A DNA stretch of 64,000 bases from Vicinamibacteria bacterium (lineage in GTDB: Bacteria > Acidobacteriota > Vicinamibacteria > Marinacidobacterales > Marinacidobacteraceae). This document shows positions 46,560 through 57,578 of this stretch, in pieces; position 1 is the stretch's first letter; the number at the start of each line of letters is the position of its first letter. The position numbers were made by a program, and so were the translations under genes. The notes under the pieces were generated by a model. The model ran no database searches. It worked only from the letters and a program-made list of their open reading frames with translations, and had not been told where the DNA came from. The stretch spans positions 672,001 to 736,000 of the forward strand of contig OZ219815.1 in assembly GCA_964291235.2 (NCBI GenBank), given 5' to 3'.

Positions 46560-47594
46560 TCAGCTCGCCGAAACGCGGAGACGCGGGTCCTGCCGGAGCC
46601 GCAGAAGAGCCTCGGTCTCGAGCTGGCGCACCCGCTCGCGGGTCAGATGAAGCTCGCGCCCGATCTCCTCCAGGTTCGCCTCGCCACCACCCAGAATTCC
46701 AAAGCGGCGCTTGAGGACGTGCTGCAAGCGATCCGGGAGATCCGAAATCGCATCGCGCACGTGGCGGCGCTGCTCGGCGTCAGTAACGCCTTCGATGGGA
46801 TTCAACTGGTCCGGATCGGGCGTCAGCTGGATGCGAGGCGTCCCGTCGGGAACCAACGGAGCATCGAGCGAGTCGATCTGCGGCACCGAGCGGAGGGCAT
46901 CGCGCAGCCTCTCCGGAGGAACACCGATTTCGCGAGCCACTTCGTCCGTACTCGGGAACTGCCGCTTGCCGCGGCGCGCCGGATCGTTCCGGTATCGCTG
47001 CTCGAGTTCCGCTCTGACCTTGGAAGCCTTGCGGTGAAGATCCAGCTTGTTGATCGGGACCTTGATGGTGCGGGACTTTTGCGAGAGAGCCCGCCAGATC
47101 GCCTGCCGGATCCACCAGGTGGCGTACGTCGAGAACTTGAGGTTGCGCTCGGGTTCGAACTTGCGGACCGCCTGCATGAGTCCGATGTTGCCTTCCTGAA
47201 TGAGATCTCCCAGCGGAAGTCCCTTGCCCCGGGACTGCTTGGCGATGGAGATGACGAGGCGCAGATTCCCCTCGATCATCTTCTCCCGGTTCTTGTAGAA
47301 GGTGTCGAGGTCGTTGTTCGAAGGATCCTCGGTCTCCTCGATCTCGCGAAGCGCCGTCTGCATCGCCCGGCTGTACCGCTGCTCATCGTTCTTGGTGAGC
47401 AACCGGTGCCGGTGCGTATCGCGCAGGTACAGCCCCATGGAATCCAGGTCGCCGGTCTGGTGCGTATCGGGGGCGAGTCCGAGCTCCGCCGCCTGATTCG
47501 CTTCCTCCTCAGTGGACTCTTCTTCTTCTTCCTCGATCTCGAAAGCTTCGTCCACGAATTCGATGGTTTCGTAATCCGTACTCGTAGGGTCCAT
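46560..47594 (-). CDS. Sigma-70 family RNA polymerase sigma factor (RpoD/RpoS-like, no region 1.1)
   Basis: [38 protein letters not shown]...TRERVRQLE. Confidence 0.92.
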   Translation of the reverse strand: MDPTSTDYETIEFVDEAFEIEEEEEESTEEEANQAAELGLAPDTHQTGDLDSMGLYLRDTHRHRLLTKNDEQRYSRAMQTALREIEETEDPSNNDLDTFYKNREKMIEGNLRLVISIAKQSRGKGLPLGDLIQEGNIGLMQAVRKFEPERNLKFSTYATWWIRQAIWRALSQKSRTIKVPINKLDLHRKASKVRAELEQRYRNDPARRGKRQFPSTDEVAREIGVPPERLRDALRSVPQIDSLDAPLVPDGTPRIQLTPDPDQLNPIEGVTDAEQRRHVRDAISDLPDRLQHVLKRRFGILGGGEANLEEIGRELHLTRERVRQLETEALLRLRQDPRLRVSAS

Positions 47595-47880
47595 AACTCC
47601 CTCCAATCAACTCCTTGTTGTCAACCTTGTTTTCTAAAGGGCAGATACGCACACCGCGTGCCATCTTGCCCTTCTCACCGCTCCGTCTCCCCGCGGAACG
47701 ACCCTGGTACTCCGTGAACCACGGCGAATCGGCCTTTACCCAGCGATCCAGACTGGCTGGACCGCCTCGCAAACGCTGGTTCCCCTTCGTCCATGTAGTA
47801 CGAATAACGCCGCACCCGAACCAAGGGTTCCCTTCCCCGCGGACGGGCCCCGCGAATCACGCCGGCAGGGCCGGAACGAT

Positions 47881-48588
47881 TCAGCCCACCGGAGGCGGCT
47901 CGGAAAGCGGCAAACGCACGATGCTGGCGCTGGATTTCAACTCCTCCAGCCAAGCGGAAATCCGCCGGTTCAGATCGCGCTGTTCAAGTATATTCCTAAT
48001 CAGGCTCTCTACATCAGTCAAAGTTGCAGGTGAGCCGGCGTCGAGGTCCGGGAGCAGAACGGTCCGGTAGTACTCCTCCACATCGCGTTGCGCCACCTGG
48101 ACCAGCGGGCGGAAGCGGCGGTCCACGTAACGGTCCACAATCAGTTCCCGCTGAATCCGCTTTCGCAGATAGTCCTCGGCGATGCCGAGACGCCGCAGGG
48201 TGGCCCGATACTCGTCCGGAGTCGGAAAGCGGTCCATCAAGGCGCGCAGGGTGGCCTCGCTCTCCTCCTCGGAGGGCGGTTCCTGCGGATACCGGCGCGC
48301 CTCGCGTTCCATGAGCCTCGCATCGATGAGGCGCTCGAGAGTCTCCTCCACCGTGAGCGAAGGCCCTCCTCCCGGCATGAGCGCAGCAGCCTCGAGGACT
48401 TCCGAGTACGTGATCGGCTCGCCGTTCACGACGGCGAGCACCCGGTCGATCCGGTCGGACTCCTGGCCCCGGGAAAGGGCCGCGGAACCTGTCCCCGCGA
48501 AACCGGATTGGAAACAACCGATCGCCAGGGCAGCGGCGACGATCGCCGCGCGGACGAAACGGGCACTCCGGCAGGCCAAGTGCTTCAT
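47881..48588 (-). CDS. SurA N-terminal domain-like periplasmic chaperone
   Basis: IDRVLAVVNGEPITYSEV...LERLID; C-terminal WLEELKSSASI. Confidence 0.75.
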   Translation of the reverse strand: MKHLACRSARFVRAAIVAAALAIGCFQSGFAGTGSAALSRGQESDRIDRVLAVVNGEPITYSEVLEAAALMPGGGPSLTVEETLERLIDARLMEREARRYPQEPPSEEESEATLRALMDRFPTPDEYRATLRRLGIAEDYLRKRIQRELIVDRYVDRRFRPLVQVAQRDVEEYYRTVLLPDLDAGSPATLTDVESLIRNILEQRDLNRRISAWLEELKSSASIVRLPLSEPPPVG

Positions 48589-48744
48589 CCTGGGGGTGTA
48601 TTCGGACGGAATCCGGAACGGCACACCGGAACAGTCTCGCACAGACCCGTCCCCGATCCCCACCCGGGCGCCATCCGGGGCCCTCGGACCCTGGGTCGCG
48701 AAGATCTGTGTGGGCACCCGAGAGGCCCTGCGGTGGACGGGCTG

Positions 48745-51576
48745 CTAGAAGACGTGGCCGATGGTGAAATGCCACTGGCCCCGCGCCTGGTCGCCGATGT
48801 CACCCAACCGGATTCCATAGTCGAACCGGAGCGGCCCCAAAGGCGTATTCCAGCGGAGCCCGGCGCCGACGTTGTTTCCGAGGTCCTCCAGCCGGAAGGA
48901 CCCCACCTCGCTGTAAACACCGCCGTGGTCGGAGAAGACGGCGCCCCGCAGGCTCCCGAAGATGGGAAACCGCACCTCGATGTTGCCCACGATGAGCATG
49001 TTGCCACCGACCGGGTAGCCGCTCGGATCGAGTGGGCCCGCGCGGTCCAGCTTGTACCCGCGCAGCGTGGTCGCGCCCCCCGCGAAGAACCTCTCCGTGA
49101 TCGGGACGAGAGCCGGCTGATCCGCGCCCAGGGTCCACGCCAGGCCGAGCCGGCCCGCGACCGCGACCACGATCTGGTCTCCCACTGGAAAGAACAGGTA
49201 CTGCTGCCCCAGACCCTTCAGGAAGGGCGCCCGGGACCGGAGAACTGCAGACGACCACTCCACATCCATGATGCCAAAGCGTCCCCGGCGGGGATCGACG
49301 GGGTCGTCCCGGGTGTCCGTGACGACGGAAGCCGAAACCGTTGACAGCCAGAGATTGTCCGCGAAGTTGCGATCGATCTGATTCGGGTTGATCTTCAGGT
49401 CGAACAGTTCGCTGGTGGTCAGGTCATAACGCAGGAACACGTTTCGTCCCAGGATCCGGCGGGTCACCTGGACGCCGATACCCGAACGAATGAAGTCCAG
49501 GCTCTCCCGGTCCTGCGACTCGCGGAAGGCGCTCACGAAGATGGGCACGTCCCCCTCGACGCTCTCCGCCCCCCGGTAGGTCGCCACCATCCGGGTTCCC
49601 TTGAGCGAGAAACGGCCGAACACGCTCAGGGTCTGCCCCATCCCGAAGAGGTTGTTCCGGGTCCATTCACCCTCTCCCCGGACCTGCTCGCGCTCGCTGT
49701 ATCCCGCCCCGTAGCCGATGCTGGTGCGGGGACCCTCCGCCACCCGGATCAGCACGTTGCGCTCGCTGATCGGTTCCTCGGGCTCAAGGAGATTCACGTC
49801 CACACTGCGAAAAATCCCCATGGACACCAGGCGCCGGCGTATCTCGAGCAGATCGCCGCTCCCGAGGGGATCGCCCTCCTCGAAGGGAAGCCGGGACCGG
49901 ATGACGGAGTCCCGCGTGGTGTCGAGGCCTGCGACGATGATCCCCCCCACCGTGAAGTAGTTGCCCGGACGGATCCGGAAGATGACCTCCGCGTCGTGAC
50001 GGACCGGATCGACCGGAGCCTCGACGTCCACGACCGCTTCCAGGTATCCCCGGTTCCGGTGAAACGTCTCGATGTCTTCCCGGGCGCCGACGATGTCCTC
50101 GGCGACGTAGGGCGCTCCCGCCGCGATGGCGGCCACCTCGGACAGTTCCTCCTCGGTGAACGCCGCGCTCCCCTCGAAACGCACCCCCCGGACGGAGGCC
50201 GCCGGGCCCGCATCGACCCGGACGGTGAGGTCGAGCGCGAGCGCCTCCTCGGACGGCACGGGCGCACCCGGCTCCAGTGGCTCCACCTCTGCCTGGAAGT
50301 AGCCCCTTCGCCTCAGAGTACGGCGCACGCTGTCCGTCAGCGCCCTCCACTCCGCTACCCGGAAGGGCCGGCCGGGGCGGAGCGGCAGCAGAGCTTCGGC
50401 GACGGTGTCGACCTCGTTCGGGGGGACCCCCTCCGACGAGACGGACCCGACGACGTAGCGGGGACCCGGATCCGCGGCGAACCGGTAGGTCCGTTGCCGT
50501 CCGTCCGGACTCTCCACGCTCTCCACCGCCACGACCGCATCCCGGCGGCCCTCCCGCCGGAGTTCGGCAAGGAGTTCCTGTCGGGCGCCTTCGATGGCGT
50601 CGGGCGTCAGGGTCAGGTCGGAGAGGGATTCCACGACGTCTTCGGCCGCCCCGCTCGCGGCGCCGAACCCTTCCACCTCCAGGGTCACTTCCGGGCCGGG
50701 ATTCACCGACAGCACCGCGTGAACCCCTCCCGAGTCGAGAGGACGCCAATCGAGACTCGCCCTAGCGAACAAAAAGCCGCGATCCCGAAGCCGTTCCTCC
50801 ACCGCCGGCAGCCGGGCGAGGACCTCGGGCTCCACCCAGGGGTCGCCCGCGGAAATCCGGAGCGCCGGGATGAGATCCCTGGCGAGTTCCTCATCTACTC
50901 CCAGGACCTCCACCGTCTCGAACCGGGCCCGATCTCCCGCTGCCACCTCGAGGTCCAACCGCACGTCCCGGCCTTCCGGAACGGTTCTGATGTCCATTTC
51001 CGCCGCCAGGTAGCCCTGCGAGCGCAACCATTCCTCCGCCGCTTCAGCGCGCGCCAAAAGGTCGTCGGGCACGGCTTCGCCCACCTCCAGGCCGAGCCTG
51101 GCGATCAGTTCCAGGTCCTCGCCGGCGGGGGCATCGACAATGTTGATCTGGGAGATTCCGGGAACGGGGTCGAGTTCGAAGACGAGTCGGACCCCTCCGC
51201 CCGGCGCCATCTCGGAGAGCACCCGGACATCGCGAAAACGGCCGAGCGCGAAAACCTGCTTCACCGATTGCCGCACGACCAGCGGCCGCAGCCGCATTCC
51301 GGCGCGCACCGAGATCAATCGGGACACCTCCTCCGGTATGGGTTCGACGCTGTCGTCCGCCCAGCGCACCACCACCGAGTCCACGCGCTGTGACAGGGGG
51401 TCCGCGTCCCCGCCGGGTTCGGTCTGGGCAACGGCAAGGCGCCCGGCCGGCATTCCCGACAAGGCGCCGGCCAGGAGGAACGTTCCGGCGCGCCAGACGA
51501 GCCGGGAACGAGACCCCGACCGGAGCCGGCCAGCTCCGATGCTCGCGGCAGGCGCCTCGGCACGCACGTCAACCAT
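48745..51576 (-). CDS. Omp85 family (BamA/TamA) outer membrane protein
   Basis: Multiple POTRA domains, FFAGGATTLRGY, TPLGPLRFDYG, terminal F. Confidence 0.9.
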   Translation of the reverse strand: MVDVRAEAPAASIGAGRLRSGSRSRLVWRAGTFLLAGALSGMPAGRLAVAQTEPGGDADPLSQRVDSVVVRWADDSVEPIPEEVSRLISVRAGMRLRPLVVRQSVKQVFALGRFRDVRVLSEMAPGGGVRLVFELDPVPGISQINIVDAPAGEDLELIARLGLEVGEAVPDDLLARAEAAEEWLRSQGYLAAEMDIRTVPEGRDVRLDLEVAAGDRARFETVEVLGVDEELARDLIPALRISAGDPWVEPEVLARLPAVEERLRDRGFLFARASLDWRPLDSGGVHAVLSVNPGPEVTLEVEGFGAASGAAEDVVESLSDLTLTPDAIEGARQELLAELRREGRRDAVVAVESVESPDGRQRTYRFAADPGPRYVVGSVSSEGVPPNEVDTVAEALLPLRPGRPFRVAEWRALTDSVRRTLRRRGYFQAEVEPLEPGAPVPSEEALALDLTVRVDAGPAASVRGVRFEGSAAFTEEELSEVAAIAAGAPYVAEDIVGAREDIETFHRNRGYLEAVVDVEAPVDPVRHDAEVIFRIRPGNYFTVGGIIVAGLDTTRDSVIRSRLPFEEGDPLGSGDLLEIRRRLVSMGIFRSVDVNLLEPEEPISERNVLIRVAEGPRTSIGYGAGYSEREQVRGEGEWTRNNLFGMGQTLSVFGRFSLKGTRMVATYRGAESVEGDVPIFVSAFRESQDRESLDFIRSGIGVQVTRRILGRNVFLRYDLTTSELFDLKINPNQIDRNFADNLWLSTVSASVVTDTRDDPVDPRRGRFGIMDVEWSSAVLRSRAPFLKGLGQQYLFFPVGDQIVVAVAGRLGLAWTLGADQPALVPITERFFAGGATTLRGYKLDRAGPLDPSGYPVGGNMLIVGNIEVRFPIFGSLRGAVFSDHGGVYSEVGSFRLEDLGNNVGAGLRWNTPLGPLRFDYGIRLGDIGDQARGQWHFTIGHVF

Positions 51577-51584
51577 CCGGGAGG

Positions 51585-54500
51585 TCAGAAGCTCCGGTGG
51601 AAGCGGACATCAACGCCGAGCGAGCCGTCCTGGTCCCGCGAGAAGATCCAGGAGACGGGACCGCTCGGGGTGTACTCGACCACGATGATGGACTCCTCGG
51701 CCGACGAGAGGCTCGAGGAATAGCGAACGTTGAGGTCTCGGGTGACCTGCTTGCCGAGCGTGACGCGGGCCGTCGGGTTGCTGAAACGTCCGATCATGAA
51801 GGGATCGATGCTCACCCGGTCGATGCCGAAGACCCTCCCGGCGCGCCGGCCGATCATGTTGCTGAGTTGCTGACTCAGGAGACTCGCCGCCGAGGCGGCC
51901 GCGAGTTCATCGTCGCTCGCCGCCGTGAGGAGATCCTGTTCGGGAGCTCCGGAGAGGAGCCGGAGGATGTCCGCTTCGCGCAGCGGGGGTTCGGAACTCA
52001 GGTTCGCATCGATCTGCTCCGCCGTTCCGGACGCGGCGAGCCGCACCCGATAGCTCCGCACGCTGGTTTCCGCTTCGATGTCGAAGACGGGCTCGATCCC
52101 CTCCGGATCAATGAAATCCGCACGTCCTTCGACGATCTGGAAACGGTGGGCGCCGAAGTAAACCTCGCCACCAACGAGATCCGCACGCCCAAGGACCGCG
52201 GGGGACCCTGCCGTTCCCCGGAGGCCGAAATCGGCAGCCGCGTCGAGTTGAAAAATGGAATTACGAACTGCGAAAGGAGAGTCGGTTCCGACCTGGATGT
52301 CCATTCGAAGTTCGTCCAGATACCCGCTTGTTTCCGTCTCCTCGACCCGTGAGACGCTGTTCAGGTCAGCGAGAATGCTGGCAAACAACTCGTATTCCCG
52401 GCTCCAGACGGCCTCGTCAAGCCGTACCTCTCCGGTGAGCAGACGGCCGCTCTGGTCCCCCAGAAGCCGCAGGTCGGCATCCACGGTCGCGCTCAGGTCA
52501 CTGGGGTAGCGCAAGCTGGAATCGGACAACTGAACCCGGAGGTCGGTCGCGGCGAATTCCGCGTCCTCGATCGAGATCGTTCCGGAAACGATGGCGTCCC
52601 CGCCACCCATGCGGCCGATGACCTCCGCGATCCGGAGCGTCCGGCGATCGAAATCGACAACGCCCTCCACGTCGCTGAGAGCGTGCGGAAACCCTTCGAC
52701 CCGGAAGGAACCGTTCCGGATCGTCCCGGTACCGAGCACTTCCGGCTCCGTCCAGGGCCCCACCACCGCGGCCTCGAGGTTGAACTGCCCGTCCGCGAGG
52801 AGCCAGGGCACGAAGGGCGCCGCAATTCTCAGCGATGTCTGCCCGAGAAGCGCGAAGTCGAGAAGCTCATCGTCGAGGCCGATCGACCCGGCCAGGCCGA
52901 GCTGGCTGTCCGCGTGGAGCAGCCGGAGCTCTTCCACGTGAACGCGGGCGTCTTCAAGGCGAATGCGGGTCGGTCCCCCGGATTCGGCGATGAAATCGGG
53001 CGCCGAAATCTTCAGCGTTTCGAGGGTGGCGGAGCCGGTCATCCATTCGTCGAGGGGATCCTCGATGTGGAAGTCACCGGACCCGCCAACGACGATCGAA
53101 ATCCCCCGTTCGCCGGGCGAATCGAAGAGGATGGGAGCAACGTCGATTCCACGCATCGTGACGGTTCCGGCGCCGTCGGTTCCGAGCGGGACCCGTCCCT
53201 CCATCCTGAAGGATGCGTCTCCCGAATCGAGCGCGCCGCTCCCCTCGAAGTCTTCTCCGTGGACGAACCCCGTGATGTTGCCGGGGCCGAGCGCCAATCC
53301 GAGCACCGCGGCATCCGGGACGCGCGCCTCGAGACGCAGTTCGGGAATCAGAAGATCGCCGCCGACGTCGAGACGAAAATCGGAGCGTATGGAAATCCAT
53401 TCGGGCGCCAGCCCAGGGGTCAGCGGGTAGTCGTGGCCGGTGACGAGGCCTTCCATTTCCCAGTCCACCAGCCCGATGTCCAGGACCCCTTCCGCGGTGC
53501 CCTCCCGAAACACACCGCTCATGGGAGCCAGGCGGGCCTTGTCACCGTCCAGGTCCCAGTGGATGGCAACCTCGTCGAACGGTTGCTCCAGCACGTGGCC
53601 CCCGGAACCGACGACCGATCCCCCGCCCGTATAGCGTTCGTTCTGCCGCACGGTGTGGCTCCGGCCGGTTACCAGGCCGTCGGCTTCCAGGTCCCACTCC
53701 AGGAAATCGATGATCTCCCGGGCGTCCCAGGCCTCCCAGTCGGCCTCGAACTCCATGTCCGGGTACTCGACGGCAGCGCGGTCGAAGACCCCCGAGGCGG
53801 AGATGCGCCCCTCCCCGTAGCGGGCGCTCAGACTGTCGAGGAAGATGCTGTCCCGGTCAATCCGGCCCGTCGCAATGAGCGTCTCCGTCTGGATGGTGGA
53901 GAAGCGCATCAGCTGACCTTCGACCTCCCCTTCAAGCACCAGGTCGGGCCACCGGCCGCGCACGAGGCCCTCGAAACCTCCGGCCCCGGCGACGTCCCAA
54001 AAGGTCGTCTCGGGATCCTCGCCGAAGAACACGCGCCGCAGCTCCTGTTGGACGGCATCCGCCTCCGCTGATTCTCCGGCGAGGGCGGACGCCGCGATGC
54101 TGGCATTGCCGGACCGGGGGTAATGCCCCTCCACACCGCCGCGAAACGCCTCTCCCTCAATCACGACGCGGCGGATTTCGGTTGCCGTGTCGTCCATGCG
54201 CAGATCCGCTTCGAAACCCAGCGGAAGCTCTCCCGGCCCGACCTCGTCGGGTCTTTGTCCGGTCGCCCGGATGGTCCCGGTCATCAGCCCGGGGTCGGCG
54301 AAGGGCATCCGCAGATCGGCATCCAGGGTGACCTGGGAACGCAGCGAGGTCGTCCTCCCGAACATGCCTTCAACGGCAGGACCGAACCATCCCTCCTCGA
54401 CGCTCAACAGGATCTCCGCCGGGTTTTCCTCCCGAGGCTGTACTTGAAGCAACTGGAGCGTGGCCGGGCCTTCCGACAAAAGGCCCTCCGAGGAGAGGAT

Positions 54501-55499
54501 TTCGACACGCTCGGGGTCCCAGTGCACAAGTCCCGTCCAATCGCGGAGCGGCACCCCGTAGAAACGGCTCTCCGGCAGTACGAAGGTGCCGTCGATGCCG
54601 AGGCCGTTTTCCTGAAACCCCGCCGTCCCATCGAACTGGAGCCAGGGGGCGCTCTCTGTATCAATTCCCTCGAACTCGAACAGGAAACGGCCCAGGCGGC
54701 CCGCGTCCCCGCTGCCCACCATCCGCAGCCGGCCAGCGAGATCGTTGGACATATCCATGGTGCCATCGAAGCGCACCTCGAGCATGTCGGAACGAAGTTC
54801 GAGGAAGTCGAAATGGAGGTCGTCCTCGCGGATCCGGATTTCCGCGGACAGGGCCATCGGAAGGTCCGGCCGCTCCCAGAGACGGATGACTCCCCAGCCG
54901 GACCGGATTTCGCCGTCCACGCCTCCGTCCTCGCCGGTTCGCAGGCTGATCGCCACGTCGTCCGCACGCACTTCCCAGGGGGTCGGCCGATTCCGGTACC
55001 CGATGGTGGTGCCCGACACCGACATCCGGTTCGACGAAAAGGAAAGCCGGGTGGCCACGGCCTGAATGGCGGGCCCGAGCGGGGCCGATTCAGGCCGCGG
55101 CTTTCCCCCGTCATCGAGGCCCCAAAGACCCACCCCCTCGACGGTGAGGCTCTCCAGATGGAGGCGCGCGGGGAAAAAAGAGCGCCAACTCAGCCGGCCC
55201 CGGATCCGGTCGATCGAAAACGCCGGCGGCGCCGGCCCGATCTCCATCGGCTCCCTCCCGATCTGAAGACCCCGCAGGACAAACTCGCCTTCGGCGACGG
55301 AGATCTCGAAACCGCTGGCCGCCACCGGGCGGCCGAGCGCGGCGCTCAAACGACTGGTGACCTGAGCCAGGACGCGGTCGGAATCCAAATTCGAGACGAC
55401 CCACAGAGCCAGCGCGCCAGCCACCACAAGGGCGGCAAGAGAACCCGCCAACAAGAGCCAGAAGCGGCCAAAACGGCGAGTCGAAGTTGAAGAGGTCAC
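51585..55499 (-). CDS. tamB: Translocation/assembly module TamB / AsmA-like protein
   Basis: N-terminal TM anchor, long beta-rich body, C-terminal DUF490-like LSSEPPL..DIL.LL. Confidence 0.82.
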   Translation of the reverse strand: MTSSTSTRRFGRFWLLLAGSLAALVVAGALALWVVSNLDSDRVLAQVTSRLSAALGRPVAASGFEISVAEGEFVLRGLQIGREPMEIGPAPPAFSIDRIRGRLSWRSFFPARLHLESLTVEGVGLWGLDDGGKPRPESAPLGPAIQAVATRLSFSSNRMSVSGTTIGYRNRPTPWEVRADDVAISLRTGEDGGVDGEIRSGWGVIRLWERPDLPMALSAEIRIREDDLHFDFLELRSDMLEVRFDGTMDMSNDLAGRLRMVGSGDAGRLGRFLFEFEGIDTESAPWLQFDGTAGFQENGLGIDGTFVLPESRFYGVPLRDWTGLVHWDPERVEILSSEGLLSEGPATLQLLQVQPREENPAEILLSVEEGWFGPAVEGMFGRTTSLRSQVTLDADLRMPFADPGLMTGTIRATGQRPDEVGPGELPLGFEADLRMDDTATEIRRVVIEGEAFRGGVEGHYPRSGNASIAASALAGESAEADAVQQELRRVFFGEDPETTFWDVAGAGGFEGLVRGRWPDLVLEGEVEGQLMRFSTIQTETLIATGRIDRDSIFLDSLSARYGEGRISASGVFDRAAVEYPDMEFEADWEAWDAREIIDFLEWDLEADGLVTGRSHTVRQNERYTGGGSVVGSGGHVLEQPFDEVAIHWDLDGDKARLAPMSGVFREGTAEGVLDIGLVDWEMEGLVTGHDYPLTPGLAPEWISIRSDFRLDVGGDLLIPELRLEARVPDAAVLGLALGPGNITGFVHGEDFEGSGALDSGDASFRMEGRVPLGTDGAGTVTMRGIDVAPILFDSPGERGISIVVGGSGDFHIEDPLDEWMTGSATLETLKISAPDFIAESGGPTRIRLEDARVHVEELRLLHADSQLGLAGSIGLDDELLDFALLGQTSLRIAAPFVPWLLADGQFNLEAAVVGPWTEPEVLGTGTIRNGSFRVEGFPHALSDVEGVVDFDRRTLRIAEVIGRMGGGDAIVSGTISIEDAEFAATDLRVQLSDSSLRYPSDLSATVDADLRLLGDQSGRLLTGEVRLDEAVWSREYELFASILADLNSVSRVEETETSGYLDELRMDIQVGTDSPFAVRNSIFQLDAAADFGLRGTAGSPAVLGRADLVGGEVYFGAHRFQIVEGRADFIDPEGIEPVFDIEAETSVRSYRVRLAASGTAEQIDANLSSEPPLREADILRLLSGAPEQDLLTAASDDELAAASAASLLSQQLSNMIGRRAGRVFGIDRVSIDPFMIGRFSNPTARVTLGKQVTRDLNVRYSSSLSSAEESIIVVEYTPSGPVSWIFSRDQDGSLGVDVRFHRSF

Positions 55500-56023
55500 G
55501 CGGATCCAGCGGGCTCCACGACGAACAGGAGCTCGCCGCCCTCCGTCAGTGTTCCCGCGGCAACCTTCATGTTAGCGACGACGCCGTCCTCCGGAGCCCG
55601 GATCTCGTTTTGCATCTTCATCGCCTCAAGCACCAGAACGCCGTCGCCGGCGGCGACCCGGTCTCCTTCTTCCCGCAGGAGACGTACCACTTTGCCCGGC
55701 ATCGGGGTTCGCACTTCGCACCGGCTGCCGCCGGGGCCGCGACTTCGCGATTGCCCCGGTCTCGACGCGCCCGCGGCCTCCCTGCCGGTCCGGAAGCGAA
55801 AGGTGTGGCCCGCAATCTGAACCACCAACTCGCCGGATCGTCCGCCGGCAACGCCGGCCTCTGCCGTCCGACGCCCGTGGACGATGGTCCATCCACCGGG
55901 GGCCGGGTGCGCCGTCAACTCCCCCTCGACGCCTTCGATCGTGAGCCGAAGCGCGCCCTCGCTCCCCTCCCGGCGCACCCGGACCGAACGGTCCTGGCCG
56001 TCGAGCGAGAGGACCCGGCGCAT
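55496..56023 (-). CDS. Biotin carboxyl carrier protein
   Basis: PMPGKV...EAMKMQNE biotinylation motif. Confidence 0.9.
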   Translation of the reverse strand: MRRVLSLDGQDRSVRVRREGSEGALRLTIEGVEGELTAHPAPGGWTIVHGRRTAEAGVAGGRSGELVVQIAGHTFRFRTGREAAGASRPGQSRSRGPGGSRCEVRTPMPGKVVRLLREEGDRVAAGDGVLVLEAMKMQNEIRAPEDGVVANMKVAAGTLTEGGELLFVVEPAGSA

Positions 56024-57540
56024 CAGCTCCGGCCCCGGTGCGCGTCGGAAAGCGCCGTCAGTTTCCAGCGGGACGGCGCCGCGAGGGAATTGCCCGGGGC
56101 CGACGGTTGTTCGCTCCGCCAGAGCTCGGCCGCGGCGGCGGCCAGCGCCACGGACGCCAGATCCTTCCGGGCCGCCGCGTCACCCGCCTCGCCGTCCCGG
56201 CAAAGAGCGGGCCAGTGAGCGGCCACGAAGGAGGTGTCGAAACTCCCGGTGCGGAAAGGCTCGCTGGCCAGGACCCGCTCGAAGAAAGGGAGGGTCGAGG
56301 CGATTCCGGTGAGCCTCGTTTCGCGTACCGCCCGGAGCGCCCGCCGCCGCGCCGACTCCCGATCGTTTCCCCAAACGATGATCTTGGCGAGCAGCGGATC
56401 GTAGTGGGGAGACACCACGGTTCCCGAGACGATCCCGGCGTCGCAGCGGATCCCGGGACCCGCCGGAGGCCGGAACTCGCGGATGCGGCCCGCGGCCGGC
56501 ACGAAACCGGAGAAAGGGTCCTCCGCGGTGATCCGGAGCTCGATGGCCGCTCCACCGAGAGACACCTCCCCCTGCGTGAAGCCGAGCGGTTCTCCGGCGG
56601 CTACCCGGAACTGCAGCGCGACAAGGTCCATCCCCGACAGGAGTTCGGTCACGGGATGCTCAACCTGGAGCCGGGTATTCATCTCGAGAAAATAGAAGCG
56701 CCCCTCCGGATCGAGAAGGAACTCGACGGTGCCGGCATTCCGATAGCCGCCGAGTCGTGCCAGACGCACGGCTGCCTCGCCCATCTCCGACCGTAGTCGC
56801 GCAGAGATCGCCGGCGAGGGGCTTTCCTCGATCAACTTCTGGTTCCGGCGCTGAATCGAACAATCGCGCTCCCCCAGGTGAACGACAGAGCCGAAGTGGT
56901 CGCCGACGACCTGAATCTCGACGTGCCGCGGGTTTTCCACAAAGCGCTCAAGAAAGACCCGCCGGTCTCCGAAGGCTGCTTCCGCTTCGGATCGCGCCTC
57001 GCGGAAGGCGTCGGAGAAGCTCGAGGGATCCCGCACCAACCGCATCCCCATGCCGCCGCCGCCCGCGGCGGCCTTGATGAGGAGCGGGAAACCGATTCCG
57101 GCCGCTGCCCGCCCGGAATCCTCTTCCGAAACGACGTCGGACCCCGCCGCCACCGGAACCCCGGCTCGCATCGCGGTCGCGCGCGCCGCGGCCTTGTCTC
57201 CCATCTGGCGCATGGCGCCCGGAGGCGGCCCGACAAAGACGATGCCCCCCTCGGCGCAGCGGGCCGCGAACTCCGGGTTCTCGGCCAGGAATCCATACCC
57301 CGGATGGAGAGCTTCGGCGCCCATGGATCCCGCGGCCTCGATGATTCGTTCGCCGTTCAGGTAGCTGTCCCGCGAAGCCGCTCCTCCCACTTCGAAGGAC
57401 TCGTCGGCCAGACGCACGTGCAGGCTTTCCCGGTCGGCCTCGGAGTGGATGGTTACCGGCGAAATTCCCAGGTCACGGCACGCCCGAATGATCCGGACCG
57501 CAATCTCGCCCCGGTTCGCGATGAGGACGCGGCGGAACAT
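56023..57540 (-). CDS. accC: Biotin carboxylase
   Basis: LIANRGEIA, HPGYGFLAEN, GGGGMG, EMNTRLQVEHPVTE. Confidence 0.95.
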   Translation of the reverse strand: MFRRVLIANRGEIAVRIIRACRDLGISPVTIHSEADRESLHVRLADESFEVGGAASRDSYLNGERIIEAAGSMGAEALHPGYGFLAENPEFAARCAEGGIVFVGPPPGAMRQMGDKAAARATAMRAGVPVAAGSDVVSEEDSGRAAAGIGFPLLIKAAAGGGGMGMRLVRDPSSFSDAFREARSEAEAAFGDRRVFLERFVENPRHVEIQVVGDHFGSVVHLGERDCSIQRRNQKLIEESPSPAISARLRSEMGEAAVRLARLGGYRNAGTVEFLLDPEGRFYFLEMNTRLQVEHPVTELLSGMDLVALQFRVAAGEPLGFTQGEVSLGGAAIELRITAEDPFSGFVPAAGRIREFRPPAGPGIRCDAGIVSGTVVSPHYDPLLAKIIVWGNDRESARRRALRAVRETRLTGIASTLPFFERVLASEPFRTGSFDTSFVAAHWPALCRDGEAGDAAARKDLASVALAAAAAELWRSEQPSAPGNSLAAPSRWKLTALSDAHRGRS

Positions 57541-57578
57541 CAGGTGGTCGGCCGCCCGGGCATGAGTTCCGCTACCCC

